DNA of 64,000 bases from Propionibacteriales bacterium (GTDB lineage: Bacteria > Actinomycetota > Actinomycetes > Propionibacteriales > Nocardioidaceae). The notes beneath the pieces were generated by a model. It searched no databases and was not told where the DNA came from. It saw only the letters and a program-made list of their open reading frames with translations. Where the stretch lies: contig JBBPZV010000043.1 of the NCBI GenBank assembly GCA_038198775.1, positions 54,405-118,404 of the forward strand, in the 5' to 3' direction. Shown here one piece after another: positions 35,970-45,720 of this stretch. Within the stretch, counting starts at the first letter, position 1, and each line of letters starts with the position of its first letter. A program made the position numbers and the translations under genes.

Positions 35970-38215
35970 CAGCGGCTCCCCCCGACGTCGGCCGGGTCCG
36001 AGCGCAGCGACACCGGCCGGAACCGGCGCAGCCGCAGACTGTTGGAGACCACGAAGACCGACGAGAACGCCATCGCGGCGCCGGCGATCAACGGGTTCAG
36101 CAGCCCGGAGACCGCCAGCGGCAGCGCGGCCACGTTGTAGCCGAAGGCCCAGACCAGGTTTCCCTTGATCGTTCGCAACGTCCGTCGGGACAGCGCGATG
36201 GCGTCCGCCGCCGTCCGCAGGTCTCCCCGGACCAGGGTCAGGTCGCTGGCTTCGATCGCGACCTGGGTGCCGGTTCCCATCGCGATACCGAGATCGGCCT
36301 GGGCCAGAGCCGGTGCGTCGTTGATGCCATCCCCCACCATGGCGACGACACAGCCACTGCGCTGAAGGCTGCGTACGGCTTCGACCTTCGCCGCCGGCAG
36401 CACCTCCGCGATCACCTCGGCGATGCCGACCTCGCCCGCAACGCTCGCGGCGGCACGCCGGTTGTCACCGGTCAGCAGCACGGGACGCAGGCCCAGTGAC
36501 CTCAGCTCGGAGACGGCCTGCGCGCTGGTCGGCTTCACGGTGTCGGCGACCACGAGCAGACCGCGCGCGACCCCGTCCCAGCCGACGACGACTACGGTGT
36601 GGCCGGCCGACTCCGCCGCCTCCCGGTGCGGCTCCAGGTCCGCCGGGAGCGTGGCGGCACCAGCCCGCCATTGCGCCCGCCCGACGCTGACCCGATGCCC
36701 AGCGACGACTCCGTCGACCCCCAGCCCCGAGGTGGCCAGGAACTGCCCGGCGGGAGGAAGGTCGCCGAACCTGTCGTGGGCGGCGGCCGCGACGGCGGCC
36801 GCGATCGGGTGCTCGGAGGCGACCTCGACCGCGCCGGCGAGCCGCAGCACCTCCGCGGCGCTCTCGCCCGCCGCCGGAACCACGTCGACCAGCCGCATCC
36901 GGCCCTCGGTGACGGTGCCGGTCTTGTCGAGGACGATCGTGTCGACCCGCCGGGTCGACTCGAGGACCTGGGGGCCCTTGATGAGCACGCCTATCTGGGC
37001 GCCTCGTCCGGTGCCGACCAGCAGGGCGGTCGGGGTGGCCAGCCCGAGCGCGCAGGGGCAGGCGATGATCAGCACCGCCACCGCCGCACCGAACCCGACC
37101 TGCGGATCGGCACCGACGGCGAGCCAGCCCAGCAGCGTGAGCACGGCCAGAGCCATGACCACCGGCACGAAGATCGCCGAGACGCGGTCGGCGAGGCGCT
37201 GCACCGGCGCCTTCCCCGACTGCGCCTGCTCGACGAGCCGCGCCAGCTGCGCCAAGGAGGTCTCGGTCCCGACGCGGGTCGCGCGGACGACGAGCCGACC
37301 GCCGGCGTTCACCGCGGCCCCGACCACCGCGTCGCCCGGCGCGACCTCCACGGGCACGGGTTCACCGGTGAGCAGGCTGGTGTCGACCGCCGAGGAGCCC
37401 TCGACGACCTCCCCGTCCGTTGCGACCTTCTCCCCCGGTCGCACCACGAAGACGTCGCCCACAGCCAGCGCCTCGATCGGGATCCGCTGTTCGCGGCCGG
37501 ACCGGAGCACTGCGACGTCCTTCGCTCCCAGCTCGAGCAGGGCGCGCAGCGCCGCGCCGGAGCGGCGCTTGGCGCGTGCCTCGAAGTAGCGCCCGGAGAG
37601 GATGAAGACCGTGACCGCCGAGGCCACCTCCAGGTAGATGTGGTCGGAGGCACCGGTCGAGGGGACGAGGTCCAGGCGCATGCGCATCCCGGCGGCCCCG
37701 GCATCCCCGAGGAACAGCGCGTACAGCGACCAGCCGTACGCCGCCAGCACACCGAGGCTGATCAGGCTGTCCATGGTGGCGCTCAGGTGCCGGGCGTTGG
37801 CCCAGGCGGCCCGGTGGAAGGGCAGGGCGCCCCAGGTCACCACTGGGGTGGCGAGGGCCAGCGAGAGCCACTGCCAGAAGTCGAACTGCAGGAAGGGGAG
37901 CATAGCCAGCAGCACCACCGGCACCGCGAGCACGACCGAGACCAGCAGTCGGCGACGGAGCTCGCGCGCCTCACCACCCGGGTCGGGCTCCCCCGGCGCG
38001 GTGACCGGCTGGGGGAGCCTCGCGGTATAGCCGGTGGCCTCGACAGTGGCGATGGCGTCCGCGACGCTGACGCCCGCAGGCAGCGTGAGGGTGGCCTTCT
38101 CGGTGGCGTAGTTGACGCTGGCGTCGACGCCGGGCAGGCGCTTCAGCTTCTTCTCTATCCGGGCGGCGCACGAGGCGCAGGTCATGCCGCCGATCTGCAG
38201 GTCGACGGTGCTCAT
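35969..38215 (-). CDS. copA: Copper-translocating P1B-type ATPase
   Basis: [24 protein letters not shown] (HMA domain), CPC ([13 protein letters not shown]), [17 protein letters not shown] overlap with the copZ stop. The 192-codon ORF-track extension was rejected. Confidence 0.92.
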   Translation of the reverse strand: MSTVDLQIGGMTCASCAARIEKKLKRLPGVDASVNYATEKATLTLPAGVSVADAIATVEATGYTARLPQPVTAPGEPDPGGEARELRRRLLVSVVLAVPVVLLAMLPFLQFDFWQWLSLALATPVVTWGALPFHRAAWANARHLSATMDSLISLGVLAAYGWSLYALFLGDAGAAGMRMRLDLVPSTGASDHIYLEVASAVTVFILSGRYFEARAKRRSGAALRALLELGAKDVAVLRSGREQRIPIEALAVGDVFVVRPGEKVATDGEVVEGSSAVDTSLLTGEPVPVEVAPGDAVVGAAVNAGGRLVVRATRVGTETSLAQLARLVEQAQSGKAPVQRLADRVSAIFVPVVMALAVLTLLGWLAVGADPQVGFGAAVAVLIIACPCALGLATPTALLVGTGRGAQIGVLIKGPQVLESTRRVDTIVLDKTGTVTEGRMRLVDVVPAAGESAAEVLRLAGAVEVASEHPIAAAVAAAAHDRFGDLPPAGQFLATSGLGVDGVVAGHRVSVGRAQWRAGAATLPADLEPHREAAESAGHTVVVVGWDGVARGLLVVADTVKPTSAQAVSELRSLGLRPVLLTGDNRRAAASVAGEVGIAEVIAEVLPAAKVEAVRSLQRSGCVVAMVGDGINDAPALAQADLGIAMGTGTQVAIEASDLTLVRGDLRTAADAIALSRRTLRTIKGNLVWAFGYNVAALPLAVSGLLNPLIAGAAMAFSSVFVVSNSLRLRRFRPVSLRSDPADVGGSR

Positions 38216-38427
38216 GCCAGCTGATAACCCGCCTCTTCGACGGCGTCGCCCACGACCTCTCGGTCCAAAGGCGCCTGGCTGCTCACGCGCACCGTGGACG
38301 CCGCGTCCACGACGAGATCCACGTGGACGGCGAGGACACCCTCGATCGCCGAAAGCTCCCCCACGACGGCGTTGACGCAGTGGCTGCAGGTCATGCCGTC
38401 GACGGCGTACGTCGTGGTGATGGACAC
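38212..38427 (-). CDS. copZ: Copper chaperone, heavy-metal-associated domain
   Basis: 71 aa, with [15 protein letters not shown] (MxCxxC). Confidence 0.88.
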   Translation of the reverse strand: MSITTTYAVDGMTCSHCVNAVVGELSAIEGVLAVHVDLVVDAASTVRVSSQAPLDREVVGDAVEEAGYQLA

Positions 38428-38439
38428 GAAATGCTCCTC

Positions 38440-38721
38440 TCAGGACCGGACCAGGCGGGCAATGGCCTGCTGGGCCTCTCGTACCTTGACGTCGGCCTCC
38501 GCACCACCCTTGGCGGCTGCCGCCACCACGCAGTGCGCCAGGTGGGCGTCGAGCAGGCTGAGCGAGAAGGACTGCAGCGCTCGGGTGGCGGCGGAGACCT
38601 GCGTCAAGATGTCGATGCAGTAGTCGTCGGCCTCCACCATCCGCTGCAGGCCACGCACCTGTCCCTCGATGCGACGGAGCCGGGCCAGGTGTGCCTGGCG
38701 GTCTTCGCTGTAGCCCTGCAC
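38440..38721 (-). CDS. csoR: CsoR/RcnR family metal-sensing transcriptional repressor
   Basis: GTG at 38721 preceded by [22 protein letters not shown]...[11 protein letters not shown]...H..HC pattern (C-H-C ligand set). Confidence 0.85.
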   Translation of the reverse strand: MQGYSEDRQAHLARLRRIEGQVRGLQRMVEADDYCIDILTQVSAATRALQSFSLSLLDAHLAHCVVAAAAKGGAEADVKVREAQQAIARLVRS

Positions 38722-38736
38722 GGCGCCTCCTACACT

Positions 38737-38756
38737 TACGGTACCCCTGTACGGTA
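38737..38756 (-). promoter_or_regulatory. CsoR-box-like operator TACCGTACAGGGGTACCGTA (minus strand)
   Basis: Lies 16 nt upstream of the csoR GTG. It contains the 13-bp perfect palindrome CTGTAC-G-GTACAG (38748..38760). It resembles the G/C-tract-centred TACC...GGTA CsoR operators recalled from B. subtilis copZA and Streptomyces. Confidence 0.55.
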
Positions 38757-38821
38757 CAGGCACACCCCCCCTGCCCAGCATCCGTTCCCATGAGCCCGCC
38801 CTACGGCAGTGTCCGCCCCCG

Positions 38822-39679
38822 TCAGGTCCGGGCTCTCACCTGGATGCGGTCCTCGACGGTGCGAACGTCGTAGCCGGGCTGCGGCGCGGTCGCGGGTCCC
38901 CTGGCGACGCTGCCGTCTCGGAGGCGGAACGTGCTGCCGTGCCACGGACAGACCACGCAACCCTCGCGGAGCTCCCCCTCGTCGAGTGGTCCTTCGTAGT
39001 GGCTGCACACGGCGTGCAGCGCGTAGAGCTCACCCTCGGTGTGCGCCAGCAGGATCGGCTCGCCGCCGACATCGGCGCGCAGCAGCTGCCCCTCCGACAG
39101 GTCTGTCGCCGCGGCGGCGTCCGTCCAGTCGAGTGGTGCCTTGTCCACACCGTAGTTGCGGTTCACCCCGACGGCCTCGCTGTAGCTCAGGTGGCCACCC
39201 AGGTAGCCGCCCAACGAGACCGTGGTGGCGCCGAGCAGCGCCAGCCGCCTCCCCCGCCGGTGGTCACCGCGGGCGCGCGCGAGCCAGCTGGCGCTGTACA
39301 GCAGCGTGCTGGCGACGTTGAACGCGGCGTGCGCCAGACCGACCCGTTTGGGCTGGCGGTCCAGACCCAGCTCCGACCAGTCCGCCAGCCCCGCAGCTGC
39401 GGTTGCCGGGACGCTGAGAATCCCCGCCCCCACGAGTCGCTGCGCCGCCTCGCGAGCTCCCGGGCCGCCCAGGTAGTCCAGCAGCGAGGCCCCCGACCAG
39501 AGCCCGATCGGCATCGTGACCAGCAGCGGGTGGACCGGATGGCCGAGCCAGCGCCCGTGAAGGGCATCCTTGACCGGTCCCCGCGGCACCACGGCCGTCA
39601 CGACCCCCGCGACCGCGTCGACTGCCGGGTCAAGGGCTTGCGCCTGCTCCAGCCTGCCGGTCAGCTTCGACCACAACAT
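38822..39679 (-). CDS. DUF2231-type membrane domain fused to a Rieske [2Fe-2S] domain
   Basis: N-terminus LHGRWLGHPVHPLLVTMPIGLW. C-terminus CSHYEGPL...CVVCPWHGSTF (CxH...CxxH). Confidence 0.75.
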   Translation of the reverse strand: MLWSKLTGRLEQAQALDPAVDAVAGVVTAVVPRGPVKDALHGRWLGHPVHPLLVTMPIGLWSGASLLDYLGGPGAREAAQRLVGAGILSVPATAAAGLADWSELGLDRQPKRVGLAHAAFNVASTLLYSASWLARARGDHRRGRRLALLGATTVSLGGYLGGHLSYSEAVGVNRNYGVDKAPLDWTDAAAATDLSEGQLLRADVGGEPILLAHTEGELYALHAVCSHYEGPLDEGELREGCVVCPWHGSTFRLRDGSVARGPATAPQPGYDVRTVEDRIQVRART

Positions 39680-39755
39680 CGGTGCTCCTCGACGCTCGTT
39701 GGGATTGGGCCGTCGTACCCTGCGGTCACCGGTCTAACCCACGTCAGGCCGGGTC

Positions 39756-41450
39756 TTAGTGCGGGCGGAAGGTCGCCGCGGCGGTCTGGAACACGGGCCG
39801 GCTGGCGCTCTCCCAGGTGGCGTCCGGGCCGGACATGTACAGCGCGAAGCCTCGCGGGTCGGTGACGATTCCTCGGTTGAGCACGTGGATGGTGCCACCC
39901 GGGGCCTGCCAGGTGAACTCCCAGTCGGCCGCCGGATACCGGTAGTCGACCGGTGCGATGCTGATGCGCTGGTAGCCGGGCAGCCGCGCGGCGACCGCCG
40001 GTTCCGCGTCGAGCCAGGCCTGCTCGGCACTGGGTTCGGCCTGCGGCTGCTGGTCGACCCGCAGGAACTGGGTGCCGTCCGGTGACACGTAGTCCACCCG
40101 GGTGGGTGCCGCCAGTCGGCGGGTCCATCCGTCGGGTACGGCGACGGTGAAGCCGAGCGGGTCGTGCACTCGCTGGTAGCCCGCCGGGACCCCGCGACCG
40201 GGACGGGCCTCCGGCGCTGCCGGTGAGGTGCTGGCTGGCGGAGACGGTGAGGCAGAGGCAGAGGGGTTGCTGGCCGACGGGCGGCGGGTAGGGGCCCGAC
40301 CCGGGTTGCCCTGCCCCGTCGCGCCGGTGCCGGACGTCGAACCGCTGCGCTGGGTGGCCGTCGTCGAGCCCGGGTCACCTCCGCCGAGCTGGCCGGCGAG
40401 GACGAGACCCCCTCCTAGCAGCACCACCACGGCTGCCAGCAGCAGCAGCGGTCGTCCCAGCTGGCGCTCGGGCGTCTCGGGCGCCGCCACGAAGAAGTCC
40501 TCGAGCTGCGACGGCGGCGCCACCGGCGCCATCACCGGGGCGACCGGGAGGTGGATCGTCGTGGTGTCCCCGTCGGGCGCCGGGACGACCAACGGAGGCG
40601 GCGGTGCGGTCACCGCCTGCATCAGCAACTGCCGGGCCGGGCGGCTGCGAAGTCGGCGGTCGGGCTCCTTGTCCAGCAGTCCGAGCAGCACGCTGCGCAG
40701 CGGCCCTTCGACGTGTGGAGGCGGGACCTCGTCGGCGAGGACGGCGGTGATGGTTCCCATCGTCGTCTCGGCGCGAAACGGCGGTCTCGCCTCCAGTGCC
40801 GCGTACAGCGTCGCCCCCAGCGACCACAGGTCCGCCGGTGGCCCGATGTGCTTGGCGCGCAACCGCTCCGGCGACATGTAGGTGGGCGACCCGACCAGGA
40901 GCCCGGTACTCGTCAACGTGACGTCGCTCTCGCTGGTGGCGATCCCGAAGTCGGTGAGCACCACCCGGTCCCCGTCGAGCAGCACGTTGCTGGGTTTGAC
41001 ATCACGGTGCAGCACGCCGGCTGCATGCGCGGCCTCGAGCGCGTCGATCAGGGCCACCCCGATCGCCGCCGCCCGTCCCGGCTCGACGGGGCCGTCCGCA
41101 TCGATGACCTGCGCGAGGCTGGGCGCCGCTACCAGCTCCATCACGATGCACGGCTGTCCGTCGGCCGACACCACGTCGTAGACGGTGACGATCGCGGGAT
41201 GGCTGAGGCGGGCGGTCAGACGCGCCTCCCGCATGGTGCGTTCGCAGCGGATGTCACGCTCCTCCGGTGAGATGCCGGGCGGGAACCGCACCTGCTTGAC
41301 CGCGACTGGACGGCCGAGCGTCTCGTCGCGAGCCTGCCAGACCTCACCCATTCCGCCACGCCCGAGCAGCCGCTCGAGCCGGTAGCGGCCGGCGAGCAGC
41401 CGAGCCTCCTCCGCCACCCCGTCGTCGTACCCGTTTCCCGGGGTGGTCAC
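39756..41450 (-). CDS. Ser/Thr protein kinase with one TM segment and an extracytoplasmic C-terminal domain of unknown family
   Basis: GTGA overlap with the upstream esterase stop. GRGGMGEVW..AVK..HRDVKPSNVLL..DFG..SPE. Then a Pro/Ser-rich linker, a TM segment (LLLLAAVVVLLGGGLVLA) and a ~170-aa C-terminal domain. Confidence 0.88.
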   Translation of the reverse strand: MTTPGNGYDDGVAEEARLLAGRYRLERLLGRGGMGEVWQARDETLGRPVAVKQVRFPPGISPEERDIRCERTMREARLTARLSHPAIVTVYDVVSADGQPCIVMELVAAPSLAQVIDADGPVEPGRAAAIGVALIDALEAAHAAGVLHRDVKPSNVLLDGDRVVLTDFGIATSESDVTLTSTGLLVGSPTYMSPERLRAKHIGPPADLWSLGATLYAALEARPPFRAETTMGTITAVLADEVPPPHVEGPLRSVLLGLLDKEPDRRLRSRPARQLLMQAVTAPPPPLVVPAPDGDTTTIHLPVAPVMAPVAPPSQLEDFFVAAPETPERQLGRPLLLLAAVVVLLGGGLVLAGQLGGGDPGSTTATQRSGSTSGTGATGQGNPGRAPTRRPSASNPSASASPSPPASTSPAAPEARPGRGVPAGYQRVHDPLGFTVAVPDGWTRRLAAPTRVDYVSPDGTQFLRVDQQPQAEPSAEQAWLDAEPAVAARLPGYQRISIAPVDYRYPAADWEFTWQAPGGTIHVLNRGIVTDPRGFALYMSGPDATWESASRPVFQTAAATFRPH

Positions 41451-42616
41451 TCGTAGACGAGCTTGTGCGGGCCGGGGTAGACGTACGACAGCGCATCGCG
41501 GAGCCGGTCGCGCCAGTTCTCCCAGCTGTGACCGTCGCGAGCCTCCACGAACGCGACGTCCATGCCGGCTGCGCGCAGCGTCAACACCATGGACCTGTTG
41601 GGGACGATCAGGGGCTCGTAGACGCCGCACGACACGAACACCCGGTCGGCCACCCGGCGCGGGCGGGCTCGGTAGCGGTTGACGAACCTCACCACCGGGT
41701 CGAACGCCGGCCCGCCGCCGTGGTCGGTGGGAATGTCGGTGAACACGAACGACCCCGACATCAACACCATCGACCCGTACGTCTGCGGCGACCGGTTGGC
41801 GGTGGCCAGCGACGCGACCGCGCCGAAGCTGGAACCCAGCAGGCAGCGCCCCGAGCGTTGCCCGGCCAGCGGCAGACTTGCCTCCAGGCTGGGGACCAGC
41901 TCGGTGGTCACGAAGCGCGAGTGGGCGGTGGAGTTGGCGTACTCCACGAGCCGGTCCCCCGGGTGCACGAAGGCGACGATCGTCTCCGCGACGTCGAACC
42001 GGTGGATCAGGTTGTCGAGGACGACCTTGAACGCCGCATACTGCAGGAAGTCCCCGCCGTCATGGACGATCAGCAGCGGGTACGTCGTCGTGCGCCGGAA
42101 CCGGGCCGGGAGATACAGGGTCACCGGGCAGTCGCGGCCGAGGAAGCGGCTGGCCAAGCTGATCTCGGTGAGCTCCCCGGCCCGGGCGTCCGGGTCCGGC
42201 TCGGTCCACTCGGGGGTCAGATAGCCGTGGCCGAAGCACACCGACGAGCTGCCCACAGGGCTGTGCGAACGGTGCGGGTTCAGCGGGTCGTTGACCTGCA
42301 CGACCTGCTCGCCGCGACGGATCTGGAGCTGGTACTCGATCCTGGACCCCTCAGGGAGCTCGAGCACGAGGTGCCACAGGTCGGTGCCGCGGAGCTGGCG
42401 CAGCGGCATCCGGCTCGGCAGCCCCACGATCCGATGCAGGAGGTGCACCTCGTCGGCTTCCCCCCGGAACACGAAGGTGCACCGGGTGCCTTCGATGATC
42501 GGCACCTCGTGCCCGGTGATGAAGTCGTCGACCGCGTCGGGGCCCACCGGCAGCCGCTCCTTGAGCCGGTTGATGGCCAGCCGACCGGCGGAGGGGGGAA
42601 GCGAGCGGGTCGTCAC
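41447..42616 (-). CDS. Esterase family protein (enterochelin-esterase/esterase-D-like, PF00756 type) with an N-terminal beta-sandwich-like domain
   Basis: GTGA overlap with the upstream stop. YPLLIVHDGGDFL...LLGSSFGAVASL (G-x-S-x-G). Confidence 0.65.
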   Translation of the reverse strand: MTTRSLPPSAGRLAINRLKERLPVGPDAVDDFITGHEVPIIEGTRCTFVFRGEADEVHLLHRIVGLPSRMPLRQLRGTDLWHLVLELPEGSRIEYQLQIRRGEQVVQVNDPLNPHRSHSPVGSSSVCFGHGYLTPEWTEPDPDARAGELTEISLASRFLGRDCPVTLYLPARFRRTTTYPLLIVHDGGDFLQYAAFKVVLDNLIHRFDVAETIVAFVHPGDRLVEYANSTAHSRFVTTELVPSLEASLPLAGQRSGRCLLGSSFGAVASLATANRSPQTYGSMVLMSGSFVFTDIPTDHGGGPAFDPVVRFVNRYRARPRRVADRVFVSCGVYEPLIVPNRSMVLTLRAAGMDVAFVEARDGHSWENWRDRLRDALSYVYPGPHKLVYE

Positions 42617-43548
42617 AGCTCCTCCAGGGCGACGATGCGCCCGTCGGGGGAGATCACGCGAGCCGAGGGCGGGAGCCGTCCCCGCCCGGTCAGCCGGACG
42701 CACATCCCGTCGTCGAGCACGACACAGCGGGCGGGCGCGAACCGGCTCGCCAGCACCGCCATCCCGGTCCGGTCGTCGGTACGCAGCCGGCGGCGCGCAT
42801 GCGGAAGCGCCACGACACCGGGCAGCAGTCCGAGCCCGTCGTCGTGTACCTCGGCGGCCCCCGCACCCTGGGGAGCCCGGTCGTGGAACAACACGACGCG
42901 TTCGGTCAAGGTCATCGCCCCCGCCGACCACGCGAGCACGACCGGTGGCACCCGCGCTGCCACGTCGAACAGCCGCAACACCACCAGCAGGTCGCCCACG
43001 TGACCTCCGGCGACCACCAGCCCGGCCGAGCGGGCCAGGTGTTCACCCACCTCGGCGCGGTGCTCGGCGACTGCTGACCTGTGCGCCGGGACCCAGGCGG
43101 CGGCGAACTCGCCGTTCGCGTTCCGCACCCGGTCCAGGTGCGAGCTGTCCACCAGCCGCACCACCGCCTCCGCGTCGGCGACCGCCGCGGCGTACGCCCG
43201 GGGCTGCTGCGTGGTCCTGCGGAGCAGGGCGTAGAGCACCTCGAGCGCCGACTCCAGCTGCACCAGGTGGGTGTGCCGAAGCTCCGCAAGGACCGCACGG
43301 TGGTCGAGCTCGGCGGCGGCGTACGAAGGGTCTCGCTCCTGCACGTCCTGCCAGCGCCCGTAGAGACCGAGGTTGGTGCAGGGCCTGGCGAGCAGCCCGT
43401 GCAACTCGCCTACGTCGGGCTCCCGCTCCTGCCAGCCGGCCGTCACCGTGACCAAGGGGGCCGACGGGGGGAGGTCGCGCACGACCTGGTCGAGCGTCGG
43501 GCGCCGCTGCGGCCCCAGCAGCGTCACCTGGGCCCGGTCACCCGGCAT
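42613..43548 (-). CDS. Hypothetical protein. The C-terminal half looks like peptidase S51 (cyanophycinase/dipeptidase E).
   Basis: LVVAGGHVGDLLVVLRL...VVLAWSAGAMTL resembles the GGN...G-x-SAGA nucleophile elbow of S51. The N-terminal half is of unknown family. Confidence 0.35.
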   Translation of the reverse strand: MPGDRAQVTLLGPQRRPTLDQVVRDLPPSAPLVTVTAGWQEREPDVGELHGLLARPCTNLGLYGRWQDVQERDPSYAAAELDHRAVLAELRHTHLVQLESALEVLYALLRRTTQQPRAYAAAVADAEAVVRLVDSSHLDRVRNANGEFAAAWVPAHRSAVAEHRAEVGEHLARSAGLVVAGGHVGDLLVVLRLFDVAARVPPVVLAWSAGAMTLTERVVLFHDRAPQGAGAAEVHDDGLGLLPGVVALPHARRRLRTDDRTGMAVLASRFAPARCVVLDDGMCVRLTGRGRLPPSARVISPDGRIVALEEL

Positions 43549-43682
43549 GGACGTGGATGGTGCGACCGACGTCGTCGAGCCTGCCGCGGATGCCCAGCTC
43601 GACGACGCGCACCGACCGCAGACTAGCCGCCCCCACCCCCCAGCGCCGGCGGCCGCTTTCCCATGTTCACCTGGGAAGGCAG

Positions 43683-43734
43683 CACTCCCAGTGGCGCAAA
43701 TCCCGTTTGAAGTGCCACCAAGCCATTGGAAGTA
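43683..43734 (+). repeat. Copy C of the three-box element
   Basis: CACTCCCAGTGG cgcaaatc CCGTTTGAAGTG ccaccaag CCATTGGAAGTA. Intergenic, between the stop at 43817 and the start at 43548. Confidence 0.85.
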
Positions 43735-43816
43735 CGCCGCCGGCGCCGCTGCTCAGCGGTCGGCCCGCGAGCCGGGGCCTTGTCGGGCGAACGCCCCCGG
43801 CGTCCCCAGAGCGCAG

Positions 43817-44542
43817 TCAGCAGAGCTCGTCGAGGTAGCGCGGCAGCATCGCCCGCCAGGTGTGCCACTCGTGCGGCCACTCGGGCCCCCACGAGTCGAC
43901 CCGGTTGGGGATGCCCTTGCTGCCCAGGACGTGGCCGGCATGCCAGGACTCGTCGACGTTCTCCCAGGCGCCCTCCCCCGAGGCCAGGATCGCGAACCGC
44001 TCACGCAGCGCCCCCAACTGGGAACCGTCCAGTCCCGGCAGGAACTGCAGCGGCGAGGAGAAGTAGAGCGCATCACCGGAGTGCCCGTCGTAGAGGCGCT
44101 CGATGCGATACGTGCCACTCATCGCGATCGCGACGCGGAACCACTGGGGGTAGCGGCAGAGCACCGCGAGCGCGTTGAAGGCACCGATGGACGCCCCGGT
44201 CGTGACCAGCGGCAGCGCCCGTCCACCGAGGTCGGCGTGGACCGCGGGCACGACCTCAGCCGCGATGCAGGCGTGGAACTGGTTGAGCAGCCACATCCGG
44301 TACGCCGAGGAGCCCGTCCCCGACACCATCGCCCGGCCCGCGACGCTGTCGCAGGAGTAGAGCTTGACCCGCCCCGCGTCCAGGAGCTCACCGCAGGCGG
44401 CGACGAGATGGTTCCGCTCCACCTCCTCGGCGTCCCCCCCGGCGGTCGGGAACACGAGCACGGGGGCGCCGACATGGCCCCAGCGGACCAGCGTGATGTG
44501 CTGCTGCATGCGCGACGAGAACCATCGCTCGGCCACCTTCAT
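43817..44542 (-). CDS. Esterase family protein (PF00756-like)
   Basis: ATG at 44542 (MKVAERWFSS...). VLVFPTAGGDAEE ... TTGASIGAFNAL (G-x-S-x-G). Confidence 0.6.
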   Translation of the reverse strand: MKVAERWFSSRMQQHITLVRWGHVGAPVLVFPTAGGDAEEVERNHLVAACGELLDAGRVKLYSCDSVAGRAMVSGTGSSAYRMWLLNQFHACIAAEVVPAVHADLGGRALPLVTTGASIGAFNALAVLCRYPQWFRVAIAMSGTYRIERLYDGHSGDALYFSSPLQFLPGLDGSQLGALRERFAILASGEGAWENVDESWHAGHVLGSKGIPNRVDSWGPEWPHEWHTWRAMLPRYLDELC

Positions 44543-44609
44543 GCCGTGGCAGGCTACCGACGTGCGGCGGTAGCCTGCGCCGGCCCGCCGTGACCGCGAC
44601 AATGTACGC

Positions 44610-45659
44610 ATGCCGCGACTGCGGACGGTCTCGCCGAACGGCCCGGGGTGGCGGCGGCGTCGAGCCGGACGGGGATGGACCTATCTCGACGACCGAGGGG
44701 GCAGGCTGGCGCCGTACGACGCCGACCGCTGCCGTCGCCTGGTCATCCCGCCGGCCTGGCAGGAGGTGTGGATCTGCCCGGCGGCCAACGGTCACATCCA
44801 GGCGGTCGGGACTGACGCCGCCGGGCGGCGGCAGTACCTCTACCACGCACAATGGCGCCGGCTGCGCGACGCCGACAAGTTCGACCGCGTCCTGACCGTC
44901 GCCCGCCGGCTGCCGCCAGCGCGAGAGCAGGTCATGCATGACGTCTCCCTCGCCGGCGTACCGCGGGAGCGGGCGCTCGCCACCGCCTTCCGGCTGCTCG
45001 ACCTCGGCTTCTTCCGTGTCGGCGGGGAGACGTACGCCGAGGAGAACGGCAGCTACGGGCTGGCGACCTTGCGGAAGGAGCACGTCCACCTCGAACACGG
45101 GCAGCTGCGGTTCCGCTTCGTGGCGAAGTCGGGCAAGGAGCAGGACGTAGTGCTGGACGACGAGCCGCTGCGGGCGTCGATCACGGCAATGCGCCGGCGC
45201 CGCAGCGGAGGCGAGGAGCTGTTGGCCTACCGCGACCGCGGGCGCTGGCGCGACATCACGTCCGACGACATCAACGCCTACCTCAAAGACGTCATCGGCG
45301 CCGAGGTGTCCGCCAAGGACTTCCGCACCTGGCACGCCACCGTGCTGGCGACGGTGGCGCTCGCGGTCAGCACCCACGTGGCGGACACTCCGGCGGCGCG
45401 CAAGCGGGCGGTCTCCCGGGCCATGAGCGAGGTGGCGAGCTATCTCGGAAACACACCGGCGGTGGCGCGGGCCTCATACGTCGACCCCCGGGTGATCGAC
45501 CTCTTCGAGGACGGGCTCACGATCGAAGGTGCGCTGCGCCGCCTGGGCGAGGACACCGACTACGGCAGCCCCGCAACTCACGGGGTAGCCGAACGCGCCG
45601 TGCTCACCATGCTCAGCAAGGCGCCCGAGTCGGCCGGCAGGGCACGCCGCAGGAGGTGA
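44610..45659 (+). CDS. DNA topoisomerase IB (bacterial poxvirus-like type)
   Basis: GWTYLDDRG...IPPAWQEVWICPAANGHIQAVGTDAAGRRQYLYH..W, KDFRTWHATV, and a C-terminal ARASYVDPRV (active-site Tyr context). Confidence 0.8.
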   Translation: MPRLRTVSPNGPGWRRRRAGRGWTYLDDRGGRLAPYDADRCRRLVIPPAWQEVWICPAANGHIQAVGTDAAGRRQYLYHAQWRRLRDADKFDRVLTVARRLPPAREQVMHDVSLAGVPRERALATAFRLLDLGFFRVGGETYAEENGSYGLATLRKEHVHLEHGQLRFRFVAKSGKEQDVVLDDEPLRASITAMRRRRSGGEELLAYRDRGRWRDITSDDINAYLKDVIGAEVSAKDFRTWHATVLATVALAVSTHVADTPAARKRAVSRAMSEVASYLGNTPAVARASYVDPRVIDLFEDGLTIEGALRRLGEDTDYGSPATHGVAERAVLTMLSKAPESAGRARRRR

Positions 45660-45720
45660 GCATGCCGGCACGGCCGGGTGCGATCGTGTCAGCTCGCCGC
45701 GCAGTCACCGCGGTGCTCGC

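Noticed and set aside
38822-41450. A functional link between the Rieske/DUF2231 gene or the kinase gene and the cop-nuo unit.
   Set aside because: The Rieske gene is separated from csoR by a 100-nt region holding the operator and RBS, so it is probably a separate transcript. There is no sequence evidence for coupling beyond adjacency.
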